This document shows positions 1-12,346 of a DNA stretch of 64,000 nucleotides, piece by piece. The first letter of the stretch is position 1, and every line of letters begins with the position of its first letter. The notes beneath the pieces are model-generated. The model worked only from the letters and a program-made list of their open reading frames with translations. It did not search any database and was not told where the DNA came from. Made by a program: the position numbers and the translations under genes. The DNA is from Botryllus schlosseri (lineage: Eukaryota), in the NCBI GenBank assembly GCA_051294905.1, contig CM119372.1:5270001-5334000 (forward strand), given 5' to 3'.

Positions 1-230
1 GTGATGTTCCCTCTTGTTTCATTATACATCTTCATTCTGTTGTCTATTTTTTCGTTTCTTTTGAAAGTTATATTGTATGATTTCGGGCCATTTTGGTATA
101 CTCCTTGTATATCATGTTTATATTCTTTCAGGATATCGTGTTGTAGTACCATTTGTAATACCTCGGACAAGGTTTGTTCAAGTTTTACAACCAGATCAAG
201 CGATCTAGGCCTCTCTCCTTCGTCATCCAT
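1..230 (-). mobile_element. Probable start of a non-LTR retrotransposon ORF1 (L1/Tx1-like); open to the window edge
   Basis: ATG at 230-228 in an AACATGG context, with an in-frame TGA 7 codons upstream. The frame is stop-free to base 1: MDDEGERPRSLDLVVKLEQTLSEVLQMVLQHDILKEYKHDIQGVYQNGPKSYNITFKRNEKIDNRMKMYNETRGNI. It is absent from the ORF track because no stop lies in the window. The IQGVYQxGxxSYNITF segment recalls L1/Tx1 ORF1p/ZCCHC3-like N-termini (recognised from memory, not searched). Confidence 0.45.
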
Positions 231-626
231 GTTATAGTTGCAGATCAATCAGCTCTGAAAACCACAGCTTTTCGTTTTGTTTATTTCGGTATTTTATTCG
301 CTTATCCGTTATTTTTGGCAGATAGGTCGCGTTATTCTGAGTACCGGTGCACTAGGAATCCTAGTTCGATTGTAATCTCTAATGTTCGTGTTGTATCGTC
401 TTTCGTTTATCTCGTCAGTCTTTTAGACAATCAAATTTCAAATTTGTATTGTCTTCGTGTGTGAAAGACAGTTCCCTTTCTGACGGGTTCTGTTTTCAAT
501 TTTTTGCGTTCAAGTTCAGTTGGAATCTAATAATGTAATAAGAAATAACTCACACACTCAAAAAAACGACACGTCTATAAGCGTGTGCCCAAGTTGGCTG
601 ATATACCGCGACCTGGAACCGGCAGT

Positions 627-850
627 TACGGCTTTTAAAACTAGGCACGACAGGTATGTCAGAAACGGCAGTTACGGCTTTTATCTAGATACGGCAGTCA
701 CGGCTTTGTAAAACTTGGTACAGCTCAATTGTTCAATTAGTTCCCAATTTTTGACAAGATTGACACGGAAACACGTGTAATTATGTACGGCTTTTATCTT
801 AGGCAAGACTGGCACAGCAACCACGTGTAAGACGGTACGACTTTTATCCT
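627..850. repeat. Cluster of about 5 short direct repeats (core ACGGCTTT), probably subterminal repeats of a transposon relic
   Basis: CGGCAGTTACGGCTTTTA occurs twice, plus ACGGCAGTCACGGCTTTG, GTACGGCTTTTATC and GTACGACTTTTATC. No matching termini were found. Confidence 0.5.
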
Positions 851-1993
851 AGGTAAGTCGCACCACAAAAAAATTTTAGGCCAATAAAAATCACGTCCTG
901 TATAAGTTTTTAATGTAATCAGCGTTTGCCACAGCGGCAAAACCACAACTAGTATTAAATCTGAAAAAACAAGCTATAAGACACCTGTCTAGACTCAGAA
1001 AAAACGTACAGTGCTCAAAACATAGGAAGTATGGTTGTATGGTTGTATGGAAGTATGGTTGGGGGGTTTGCGTTACGAAATTGGCTATTGTGACGTCGTC
1101 ATTACGATCACTCGTCTCCACGCCGTGGCGAATATTTATAGTTTAATAATAAACAGAGATTTGCGGTGAGTGGGAGATGTACGAATACGATACAGACATT
1201 GCCTGAAAATCGCGTTTCTTTTACGGTGTGATCGAAAGAAATTGTAAATGCTCTCACATTTAGTCAAGAGCCGGCAAACGCCGCCCGTCTTTAAGCGCCT
1301 AGTTCCGGCCAGAGATGCGCGATTTTGTTGGGTTTTGACGATATTATGCGCACGGTCGGTAGTATCGCAGCGGACGAACAAGCGCGGAAGCATAAAGGCG
1401 GTAGCATAAACGAGGGCGATCGCGATCGCCACAGAGAGGTGTGGTGTGAACACTGAACAGTGTACGTCGTACACGAATGTGTGCTTTTCGATGGCTTTAC
1501 TAGCCATACGGCTGAGCGTGTAGTACGCGCGAAGATAATTAGACTTTAATTGCAAGCACGCAAGTCAGTCAATTAATACAGAGTACACACTGGGATAATA
1601 ACTTGATCGACAGAGAAACTTGTCAGCCGATATAATTAGGTTAACTTTACTACGAGGCCTACTCAATTCTCCCGTTCAGCGACAACATAGGCCTGTATTT
1701 GAACGACAGCAAGCCACCTAACAATCGGGAACGTGGATTGCTAGGCATGTATTTTGAAATGTGAATGTCAATCGTAGGCCATTTCTCGCCAATAATCGCG
1801 AATACAATGTGGATTTAAGAATAGCATTGTCGCACTGGTGCCGTCGTGTCTGCGTCTCGTTGATCAATCAACACGCCGTGCAATTCTTAATTAGGATTTC
1901 AAGGCGAGCAGGTGCAGCGAATTCGCTAGCGATGTTGATTGCCGACAACTTCGTCTTTGCAATTAGGTATCGCGTCGGCCAATTAGATTAGAT

Positions 1994-3421
1994 CAGTGGT
2001 TCCCAACCGGGGAGGAATTCCCCCCTTGGGGGGAATTTCGCAATTTTTAGGGAGGAATTCTGCTTTAGAATTGTAACGGATTTCCCAAATTGTTCGTGTC
2101 CGAACTGTCATGTGTAGTCAACCAGTTATATCCGAATGTATGCTCCTGATTGGTGTTTTTTGTTTGCTGATAGTATATTCAAATGCTATTTGAAATCTTT
2201 TTTCACATACAAATCCCCCCTTTTTTAAACTAGTTCAGATGTGCTGCGGTTTGCAAGACAATTTTGTAGGCAAGCAATCAAATCCTAAGCGAGCAAATGT
2301 CGTGTCGGATCTATCACAACAAGGCCTCTAGTGAAAGAATTTATCTTATATGTCAACATTTTCAGACAGTGACAAAATATTCCAACGTCATCGATTCAAG
2401 TCAAAGAGATCGCTAGCCTTACTTTATTTTTAGTGAACAGCTACCCGATCGAAAAAAGACATGTTAAACTTGGTGCAATGTTACCGAAACGTAATGGGTG
2501 TCCTAAATTTCCATGAGCTCCAGCAGGGAATCTTATCACGTGCATGTTATGTATCAGGGCTGTAACCAAGTCACGAGGCTCCGAGTCACAAGTCAATCTC
2601 AATTTCATAGTTTTGACTCGAGTCAAATTGAGTCATTTTCAATTCACCATTGGGTCACGTCCGAGTTCAAAGGGTCGAGTCTGAGTCATGGTATTATGAC
2701 TCGAGTCCGAGTCCAAGTCAACACTGTTTGGTGATATTGAATGATTTGGATTTATGTTATACTAATATTCCTCACTTTTAGCAGTTTGACATTGTCAAGT
2801 ACCAGGATCAATAGACGAAATTCCATGAGGGTGGTCACTTTACTGTTCTTCGAAATTACAATTTAATGTCGGTCTATAGGCCGTTTTATAGTCTCGAGTC
2901 ATATGGCTTGGTTCGAGTCATGCACAGTGACTCGAGTCCAAGTCGAGTCAATACCCAGATTGTCTCAAGTCGAGTCGAGTCGTTTCTATATTTTGAGAAA
3001 ATGACTCGAGTCAAGTCGAGTCATCAGGAAATGGTGACTCGAGTCTGGTCAACCCTGCTATATATGAAAGTACCAATATTATTGCCCAAATGCATACGCA
3101 AACTTGAGAAAAAAATTGCGATACCAGTAAATTTATGGATAGTGATTTTTCGCAGTGGTTATATTAGTGATTGGTGCATGGTAATCCGAAAACACAAATA
3201 GAAGTGTGGGGGTCTGTTGAGTCAAGCCTTCCAGAATTTGTTTGATTGGGACCAAGACCATTGTTTTTGGAGGTCTACAAAAGTGTTATTACAGCACTGC
3301 TAGAAACAAACAAGGTAAAAATGACCTTTTTTAATCATCGGGCAGATTTATTTCAAGGGGGGAATTTCGGCTTAAATTTCGGCCAAGGGAGGCACGAGAT
3401 GAAAAAGCTTGGGAACCACTG
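1994..3421. mobile_element. Non-autonomous hAT (Charlie/Buster-type) element containing a nested element
   Basis: Terminal inverted repeats (TIRs) CAGTGGTTCCCAA / TTGGGAACCACTG. Perfect 8-bp TSD GATTAGAT at 1986-1993 and 3422-3429. Confidence 0.85.
2555..3057. mobile_element. hAT-like MITE with internal GACTCGAGTC repeats, nested in the 1994-3421 element
   Basis: Ends CAGGG...CCCTG with many ACTCGAGTC/GTCGAGTC units. Flanks TTATGTAT/CTATATAT match 6/8. A homologous copy lies at 7225-7712 and a fragment near 17290-17350. Confidence 0.75.
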
Positions 3422-3806
3422 GATTAGATTTTCCTAAAATGCGTCTCTCGTTTTAGCAAGGCGAGAAAGAAATCGAGGGAAGAAAGTTGAGTACGTCAGC
3501 AACTGCCACAGCTGAAATGTAGCTGACCAAGCGCAGAATTCGTATGGAATTAGCGAATTATAATGACCTATTTTATCCTTTCGACTAATTCGGCGCATAA
3601 TTCCAATATTTTGTAGGGGTGTTAGTCCCCTTAAATAACATTAAGACGCCATATTCGCCTTCTCATACGTAAAAACGAATATGTTAAACTGATAAATTAG
3701 CAAATATTAGAGGCTATATTTGACATCAATTTTTAGGATTTTGAAAAGGGGGGGGTTCCGACCCCCTAAAACCCCCCCTGGATACGCCACTGGATGTGAC
3801 GCTTAC

Positions 3807-6800
3807 CTGCTTCAGCAGAGGTTGAATCCTGCCTTTCAATTCCGCTTCCAGCTCGTCAGCCAATCTATTTTTCAAAGCGTTGATGTCGCGCGAATTTTCT
3901 ATTTGATAGGTATCTGCAAAACGTGACATGTTATCCTCAGTAAGATGGTACGGCGCGTTTAAAATTTATTTACCGATATCATGTTCTCTAGGTGTGCTGA
4001 AAAACTTGACCGTTTTTGCTTTGGACTGTGGTCTCGGAGTGGGCGAGTCCAGGAGCGGCCCCAGGGACGGCGGGCCCACGCTTTTATACGGCGAGTTGGA
4101 TGGGGGACGCCATTCTGGCCGATCGATCATGTCTCCTGCTTCCGGCATATGACTGACTACATCAAAAAATGCGGTTAAAATTAATAGTCATCACATTTTC
4201 AATTTCAATCAAAAGCATTGTGACAAGGTGCCGTGCTGAAAATTAGGACATGTAAGGTACAGGTTATTCTGTACTAGTGTGGAAGCTCACATTACAGGTA
4301 ATAATCAGTCTTCCTAAAATAGCTATCCAAATCCAATCCGGCTCAAAGGTCAAATCCTAGAATCAAGCATTTGACTCCGATCCATAAAACGGTACACAAA
4401 TAAGCTAGACCCACACAATCTGATACCTATTTGTCGTAGGAATGCATTAAAACGTCAAGTTTTCAAGAGATGCACGAAAGAATTCAAAATCTGCATAAAT
4501 TCCATGGGACCATTGAGTCTTTGCCTGATCACATTCAATCCAATGAAAAACCCCACACTGACTCCAATCCTGGCCTGGCTAAAATCTAAAATCCGGGTAT
4601 GGATCCATTCCCATACCATTCTGTACACAGCAAAGTTGAATTACTGGAATTTTTTTTTATCAAATTAGATTATTATTAAAACTACATAGTCTTTTCCAAA
4701 TTAGATTAGAATTACAGAATTTGAAAAAACTTGGAAATTGAATTATATTCCAAATTAGAAAGAAATATATGACAAAATCAAGTTCAGTTCACAGCAAAGC
4801 TGAATTCATTCTCATAAGTAGTCTAATGGCAAATGTCTGTACACCCGGTATGGCTCATTGCGTACTGTACAGTTCTTACATAACAAGTTCATGAAAGCCA
4901 GAAATTAGATTAGAGTTAAAAATTGACCATAGAAACATTTCACAAGTACGATTAGAATTGGACTGTTGATCTAATTAGTCAACTAAAATTATGTAGCAGA
5001 TCGTGATGTTAGGGTAGACCAGGGGCGGGCAACTTCTCCAGTCGGGGGGCCGAATCTAGGAATATTAGGTACTTGGCGGGCCGGATTGCTGAATCGATAC
5101 ATTATTCGCCCATTTATACACATATACACGGAACAATCGTATTTAATGAATGTATTTTAACGACAGCAATCTCACTTCAAAACCATTTCGCGCCGATAAT
5201 GACGATGACAATGTGGATTTGAGAACAGCATAGTCATACAGGCGCCGCCATGTCTGCTTCTCTCTGTTCAATTAACACACTGCACAATCATAATACTGTC
5301 CCATAGTGACCGTCTTGCCGAGCGCGAAATTTGATAAAACGGGTATCAATCGAAAGCTACCGCGGTACTGATTGTGCAAATATAAATTTTATTCTGCTCG
5401 TGGCCCCGGAACCCCCCAAAATCAGCCTCGAATGTTGCATTGTAACGGAGTTTGATATTGTGACACAACAATGCCGTCTGAGAGCAACGGAGAGCAGCGC
5501 AAACCACAAGCGTATTGGCCATTGTTGCGCAACCGATTGAGCATTCACTTCACACTCTCACTCTCGTGCGCACTTGCTCTTGCGCTGCTCAGACGGCTCC
5601 AAACACCAAACTCCGTTACAACAACAACAACAACAACAATCATTGGGTTATAATTTTCATCTGAACAAGTTACACTCAATGTACAATGCGATAAGACGCA
5701 ATGCGATGTAATGAACAGATAGGAGGATGCCGAACGACACGCATCAGTAGCGATCCTTTACTCTAACATCCACCTCGGCCTAGAGTGCCCGATGTCACAG
5801 TTCTTTTCGATGTTGATCTTTTTTTGCAGCCGTGGTCCTTTCTACTAGTTCTTGTCATTCCTTATGAGTGTTTTCTTTCATCGGGTCTTTTTTCTGGGCT
5901 TTTTTTTTGTCGCCGTTCTAACGGCGACAGCGGGGGAAGATGAGCCCAGATGAATCTCCGATGGGAATCGAACCCGGTCCACCGGCTTAGTAGGCACTTA
6001 TCGTTACCACTACGTTATCTACCTCGCAATGCAACATTCGAGGCTTATTTTGGGGGTTCCAGTGCCACGAGCAGAACAAAATTTATATTTGCACAATCAA
6101 TACGTCGGTAGCTTTCGATTGATACCAGTTTTATCAAATTTAATGCTCGGCAAGCCGGTCAAAAATTACCGTCAAATTGCCTTTAGCCAAATGGAAAGTG
6201 TGACGTGGACCAATTTCACTGAGCCGTGAGATTTGCTTGTATCCACACCATATAGGACACTATGATGCAATCCTTGATTAAGATTTCAAGGCGTTCGATA
6301 AGCCCGGTACCCTAAATTTACCAAGATATCAATTCATTAGGGTTGATTACATGGTAAATGCCGATAATGCAAGTCTTCTCGCACGCTGCGCGCACACGTA
6401 TATAATAACATACAGTCACTGAAATTTGACGTTTAAGAAAATAGTGGGGAATCTCGGCAGACTGGGGCCGCAGGCCACATTATCATGTAAGACGGGAGAC
6501 TGTCCGCGGGCCGTATGTTGCCCGCCCCTGGGGTAGACTGTAGAAACTTGTACCCACAAGGCCTTTCGCTGCGTATTATTAACGTACCGACAGCTTGTTG
6601 TGAAGGTCTAGGATTCAAGAAGGACGGTTTCGGAAGACTGGGTTTAGTAAACGACTTCTTAACGACGGTCACGTTTTTAGACTTGAACGAGCGATGTGGA
6701 GTTCGGTCTTTTTTCCTGCCAGACCTCGGAGTTCTACCTGCGAGATGAGATCGACGGTTACCAGCATAAAGAACACGCAACGTTCGCGAAGTAGACATAC

Positions 6801-9800
6801 CTGACGGGAGAGGGTTAGAAGCTGGGACGTACTTGGGTTCAATGAGTTGCAATGCATCGGATAATCTCTCGACTTCTTCGATCTCAGCCAGGTTGAGTTG
6901 TAAAGCACACAAAGATAACTCTCTGTAAAGAAGCAGTGGCTAGAAACATTAGACAATAGACTACCTGCTACTATCAACTAGCGTTCAAGAAATATAACAG
7001 ATGTGGCTGGTAACGAGGTCCTTCTACTTATTCGAAGTATTCGAGTATGTGTTACGGCAGTGGTTCTCAAACTGGGGGGCGTGAAAGCACCGGAAAGGGG
7101 GCGCGAAGCTGTCTGAGAGAAATGACGTTTCTTGAACTCGGATTGATTTTAATTCCTGCTGAAATCTCAACAGCGGCAATTATCCTAAATATTTTACGAT
7201 TTTAAATGTCACAATTGCATCGTGCAGTGTTGTAACCAAGTCACAAGGTTCCGAGTCACAAGTCAATCCCACTTTTATAGTTTTGACTCGAGTCACTTTC
7301 AATTCACCACCGAGTCAAGTCCAAGTCATTGAGTAGAGTGACGAGTCCGAGTCATAGTGTTGTGACTCGAGACCGAGTCCAAGTCATTGTGTTCAGTGTT
7401 CACTGTTCAGTTTTGAGTTCAATCTGGTTCAGCCCACTTTTTCAACTCTGCTCGAGTGATATAGAGTGGCTCGCATTCATAAGATGGTCATTTTTCTCAG
7501 TCCTAGCAGTTTCTGGCCCTATTTTCCAAGAATCAGTCGGACTGACAGAGGAAATACCAATAACGTGGTGACTTTATTATTCTTCGAAATTACAATGAAA
7601 TGTCTGTCTCGGCCGTGCTAGTTTCGAGTCATGCGACTTGGTTTGTGTGATGCACAATGACTCGAGTACAAGTCGAGTCAATACAAAAATTACTCGAGTC
7701 ATTACAACTCTGCATCATACCATCCATAAACCGATGCTAGATTTTAACTGACACCGGACCTTGCACCGATCAGACGAGATCTCTGAATTAAGATGAACCC
7801 GTAAATGCGTGTAGCTGTTGGCTTATGCTGTCATGCCGTGTCTGTCAAGCATCCGTGTAGAGTGCGTAGAACGGCCACTCTTAGGAAGCGAATTTTATAG
7901 CCTAAGAGTACAAAATTGAATTATTCTCTTGACGAACACCTGCGACGCGTGTAGGAAAATTGTTTGTCCCGTGAAAATGTGCCAAGCTCAAGGGTTCGCC
8001 AGGTTAGTAAAGGTTAAGAATCACTGGGGCAACGTAGCAGAACCGAACATTCAAAAACTGAAAATATTTCAAATAATCCGTAGCTCACTTGATTAGTCTC
8101 GATACTTCTTGGAACAACGCCTTCACGGCTACGAAATTGTCTTGAAAAACCAAGTGTTCGGGCAGCTGCGGACAGTAGCTTTGAAGCAGCCGTGACGTCC
8201 CACGGTGCGACGCGGCTACTTTGCTGAACAGGCGGCTCTGCAAAGCAACACACTCGATCAGTTAGCTGACGTCAACGGGAGCGACAATACCGTACTTTCG
8301 CATTCAAGTCGTCCTTAGTAGATGTCCTTCTCAACTCTTCCTTAATAACTTGAACTTGCTGCTGCAGCGTGTAAACTGTTCTTGAATGTTTTCGCATCTG
8401 GTGCAGCAACATACATACTCAATACAGCAACATTCCACACCAACATATTTATGGTTTTAACTTGGAATCATCAATTCAATTCATAATTTTATTGGTATCT
8501 ACAGTGTTTGCTTGAGTGTGAAATGCACTAGCATATATGTGGTGGAACAAATTTAGGAAAAAAATACAGACGCGAGTTACACAGGTGGGGCAGAACTCGT
8601 AGACATAATATCATATTATAATGCTCCATGCACAATTTCCAGATGGCAGCTCGCGTGCTCTTCTGTGGCCATCCCCTTATGTCTTAACGCCGTGGAAGTT
8701 GATGACCAAATATTTTGAGACGATTCTCATAACTGTCATTTATAACCATGTCTTGTCTTCTTAAATTTCATTCCAGATTTTTCGCAGTTAGCTTGATTTT
8801 AGAGTTATGTAATGAACGAGTAGGACATTAAGATTCCTAATATTTGAATTAAAAACAATTAATGCCAAGGAAAATTATTAAAATAGTTTGTGTATTGACC
8901 ATCGTTCCGGAGAAGTTAATGTAATCAAGAATCTTCTACAGTGAGAACTTCGTAAACTCAGTCCAAACCAATAATGTTGAGCTAGGTTTGGAGGTATATA
9001 TATGAAGAGATTCATGGAGGTACTATTGTTGATATACAATGTTCTTTCCAATTCTCTACTAGTTGCTGACGATTACCCCCTGACGAGTGTCAGCCGAAAT
9101 TATTCGGGTTCATTTCAATATGAATATACTTTTCAAAGGTAAATATATATGTTCATTAGGGCTCTTCAAAAATGACTTTTTTCTCAAATCGTACTGGCCA
9201 CTTGATAAAATTGTTAGGTTACCTAATTTAAGCCTACACACAAAATTTGGTTCAATTCCAGCCAGTAACCGCTTTGCTACAGGAGAAGAAAGTTTATATT
9301 TAATATATAAAAATAAATGATGAAAATTTTAAAATTTTCAGTTCACCCCATGAAAGTGTTAGGCTGTCTATAGAAACGATGCTACCAAATTTGGTTCAAT
9401 TCCAACCAGTGGAAGCGGAGTTATTGCCGTCGAAAAATTTGGATTTGAATAAAATAGTATTTACGGTGACCGATTCTTTGCTTATTTATTATAGTTGTGC
9501 TCACCGTAAATACTATTTTATTCAAATCCAAATTTTTCGATGGCAATAACTCCGCTTCCACTGGTTGGAATTGAACCAAATTTGGTGAGCATCGTTTCTA
9601 TAGACAGCCTAACACTTTCATGGGGTGAACAGAAAATTTTCAAATTTTTTATTATTTATTTTTATATAATAAATAGAAACTTTCTTCTCCTGTAGCAAAG
9701 CGGTTACTGGCTGGAATTGAACCAAATTTTGTGTGTAGGCTTAAATTAGGTAACCTAACAATTTTATCAAGTAACCAGTACGATTTGAGAAAAAAAGTCA

Positions 9801-10841
9801 TTTTTGAAGAGACCTAATGTTCATTGCTCAGTCAACAATTATGAGATTGAGGGTGCGATTTCTTCAGATACTATGCCAAGGGGGGCGGAAGAAAGTGGAC
9901 ACATTGACATCCCGTTACCTGCTCAATTCCACCATGGAAACCGCGCATTCTTCTGCGTACAATTGTAGCAATGTTATGTGAGGCAGTTTAGGAGATTTCA
10001 ATGATCTGACCACAGTCCTATTTACATTTTTGGTATTAGTGCTAAAGTGCGGTAGCCAATTTCAATTAGATTGGAGGTGTCATATTACTTATCCAATTAA
10101 GACGAGGGTCACACCACCACAAAGAGTACCATTCAACTACCTGTTCCAAGTGTCGAACGAGCAGTTTTTGTTCCTCTTCCATGTCCATCATAAGAATGTT
10201 TTGCTGATGATGCATCCTCTCCTCTGAAAAATGAATGTAGCAGTTGGCATAGAGTTTTACAACAAAGAGAGGAATATGATACGATAGATTTTACCTTCAT
10301 GGGATTTTTGCAATTTCAATATGACTTGCTGAATTTCCAAACGTAACCTTTTAATGTCTAATACTTCTTGATGTTGCTTAGGTCTAGCCATGTTTGCTTT
10401 TGAAGTATCGTTGACAGAAGCTTTCACATTTCGAACACGAATGCGATCGTTAGGTCTCTTGTCTCTCTTTGGTTTTGAAGATACCACAAGTACACTAGTG
10501 TGCACATCTTCTGGCGCATCCTCAAAGTAATCTTCAATTACATCAGGAGATAACTTGTTTTCCCGGGCAAAGTTACTAAACATTTGTCTGCGCTTTGCTA
10601 GTTTCAAGTCTCTCTTCGCGAGAATAACTGCATTGGACAGCTTACTATGAGACACGGCTTTGAAGCGATAAGGATCATTTTCTTTCTTTATGGGAGACTC
10701 ACGTTCGTACATTATGGCACCAGGGCTCGTGAAGTTTGTCTTCAAATTTCTGAGGTCGACCGGATGGTCGAGATTGAACTGCAATTGATTGGCGTTGATC
10801 ATCGCAGGTGCAGATTTTATGGACTGCTTCTTTGGGTACAA
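3807..10841 (-). CDS. KIAA0753: Moonraker/KIAA0753 (centriolar-satellite/ciliogenesis protein) orthologue; 5' half only, gene continues beyond the left edge
   Basis: Phase-consistent GT-AG exons: (10841 or ATG 10802)-10295, 10223-10141, 8397-8296, 8237-8089, 6922-6588, 4156-3974, 3913-3807. Motifs appear in the order I recall for human KIAA0753: NQLQFN; FKAVSHSKLSNAVILAKRD (cf. FSVISQERLSYAVHLARRD); VYTLQQQV (cf. LYVLQQQV); KVAASHRG (cf. LAAAHRG); LIKELSLC (cf. LIRQLSLC); LADELEAELKGRIQPLL. The true start codon is uncertain. Confidence 0.85.
5289..6264. mobile_element. Older, deleted copy of the P-like foldback MITE family seen at 61321-61936
   Basis: The right end ...CACCATATAGGACACTATG is identical to the 61936 end. 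Both arms carry GATA(AAA)C..TATCAATCGAAAGCT. The left terminus is degenerate and the TSD is not clean. The right arm is split by a SINE. Confidence 0.65.
5619..6026 (-). mobile_element. tRNA-derived SINE with a LINE-like 3' tail
   Basis: Minus-strand head has A box TAACGTAGTGG and B box GGTTCGATTCC. The 3' part (5690-5790) aligns with the LINE 3' UTR at about 23238-23320. It ends in (TGT)n. It interrupts the MITE arm sequence CTCCGTTACAA|TGCAACATTCGAGGC. Confidence 0.7.
7225..7712. mobile_element. Second copy of the GACTCGAGTC-repeat MITE
   Basis: TIRs CAGTGTTGTAA / TTACAACTCTG. Colinear with 2555-3057. It follows the left end of another hAT element (CAGTGGTTCTCAAAC at 7058). Confidence 0.75.
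7745..8005. repeat. Unclassified dispersed repeat (second copy about 45265-45690)
   Basis: Shared blocks in the same order: ACCGGACCTT.CACC.ATCAGA, GTAAATGCGTGT, CAAGCATC...AGAGTGCGTAG, GCCACTCTTA.GAAGCG, GTGCCAAG. Confidence 0.55.
9157..9816. mobile_element. 660-bp hAT-type foldback element in a KIAA0753 intron
   Basis: Near-perfect inverted arms at 9157-9469 and 9501-9816 with a 31-bp spacer. Termini TAGGG.../...CCTA. Perfect 8-bp TSD ATGTTCAT at 9149-9156 and 9817-9824. Confidence 0.95.
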
Positions 10842-11286
10842 ATACGCAGTAGTAATACAAGATTATTCACATCAATTTTCTCGCCGTTTCATTTCTGGAT
10901 GCAAAACATAAAAACATACAACCGGGTAATATAGGGTGGATATAAATTGGTGATGTAACGATGTCAGCCACATATAGTAGACTGTTAGAGATTACTAACA
11001 GTAACAACCAGCAGAGGGAGCCCCTAATCCAAAAATTGTCTATGTGTACTGTATTGTGACTTTGTGTATTTTTACATTTAAATGATTCCCTGACATCACG
11101 TCATTGTCAAAACTGTTTTGACACCAACAGAATTTCAATCACAGGCGACCCTTTCAAATTATCATTGTGGATTTGTGGCTATGCTTGCACCTAGCACGCT
11201 AGTGGCTTTCCTGGCTTATACGCCTGCATGTAGAGGCAGAACACAATCTATCCCTAACCTAACCAAGCTCTCCGCAATTCAACTCA

Positions 11287-11600
11287 AACCGACAAGATAG
11301 CGTAATGGTTAAGCGTCCGGCTTCTTGATCGGTAGGTCGTGGGTTCGATTCCCGGCCGGGTCAGACCAAAGACCTGATTAGTAACACTGGTATCCATGGC
11401 TTCCCTGCTTGGCGCTCATGCATTACTGGGATAGCATGGAGGGGTGGTGCATGACTTAGAAAGCCGTAAAGGCTATATCTGCACTTCCTTGTCCAGCGGC
11501 ATATGCACATCATGCACTCATGGTATGCATATATGCGCAGATCGTGTGCATGTGTATCATGAGTCGGTGTATATGACGCAAAAACATCAAGGACAAAAAT
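11287..11600 (+). mobile_element. tRNA-derived SINE (central domain resembles Meta-type SINEs)
   Basis: A box TAGCGTAATGG (11298) and B box GGTTCGATTCC (11342). The acceptor stem cannot pair. It continues as GGGTCAGACCAAAGAC...GCTTCCCTGCTTGGCGCTCA.GCATTA..GG, which I recall from a widespread metazoan SINE core. The 3' boundary is approximate. Confidence 0.7.
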
Positions 11601-12346
11601 AAACTACGTCTTTTCCTTTTCCCTTTCTAATCTAAACCTATTATAACCACTGAACCAGAAGAAACGAAAACACCAAACCCAACCAAGATACTAACGGCGA
11701 TAACCCTAACATTACCCATTCAATAAAACAATTAATAACATAAAAACCAGTCCTCTTTCCAAAACGTCAACGTACACGTTGAATCAATCTTTCACAGTAC
11801 TATATCAATATATCATTAATTAATGGATGAGATCACCAACATATGAAACGATACGGCATGCCGGTATATCACGGATCGGATGGATGACATCGACCCTAAG
11901 CTAGCAAATCAAGGTTGTCTGATTTCAAAGACTACTTCAAGTCGTTTCGACATCTTCCTATCTTTTCATTTTATCACAATCTCGTGTTGTTTTTGAAAGG
12001 ATAAAGTTATTAAATATAAACTATAATACGGCGGAGTTTTTCCAATCCACCCCAACTAATAAAACGATTTGTTATGCCGCCATTCATTCTTCCTTCATTC
12101 AAGCTGTTTGCAATCATTTAGGCGGAACGATCGTTTCATCCATATCATCGATATTTCCATTGAAATATAAAGTCTTTGAGTATGATAACTTCAAGTATAA
12201 TTGTATATGGCGCATACAGAAGTAAATTATCAGGTCTGAAACTCTAGTTATGTGTTAACTGTGGATCTATTATCCAATGCATAAATGACACGATGTGTCT
12301 TCCGGAGATGAAACCCGAAAAATCATGAATGTTATGTAGGATCAGT

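Larger units (their letters stand above)
5020..6530. mobile_element. Non-autonomous hAT element in a KIAA0753 intron, hosting two nested insertions
   Basis: Perfect 14-bp TIRs CAGGGGCGGGCAAC / GTTGCCCGCCCCTG. Perfect 8-bp TSD GGGTAGAC at 5012-5019 and 6531-6538. The internal sequence resembles 1770-1990. Confidence 0.9.

Noticed and set aside
1136-1555. 139-aa ORF with a hAT-transposase-like stretch (LLTKCESIYNFFRSHRKRNAIF)
   Set aside because: The expected upstream CxxH and downstream TRW motifs are absent and no termini were found. A profile search would be needed.
2560-3050. CRISPR-like array of palindromic GACTCGAGTC units (also 7230-7710; GGATT and GTGAAC arrays)
   Set aside because: Irregular spacing, no unique spacers of constant length, bounded by TIRs, eukaryotic context, and no cas genes.
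6433-6587. C-terminal part of the 159-aa ORF as KIAA0753 coding sequence
   Set aside because: It runs past a phase-compatible GTACGT donor at 6587 and through the TSD and TIR of the hAT element ending at 6530.
11291-11365. tRNA gene
   Set aside because: A and B boxes are present, but the acceptor stem cannot pair and a SINE body follows. The same applies to the tRNA-like head at 5950-6026.
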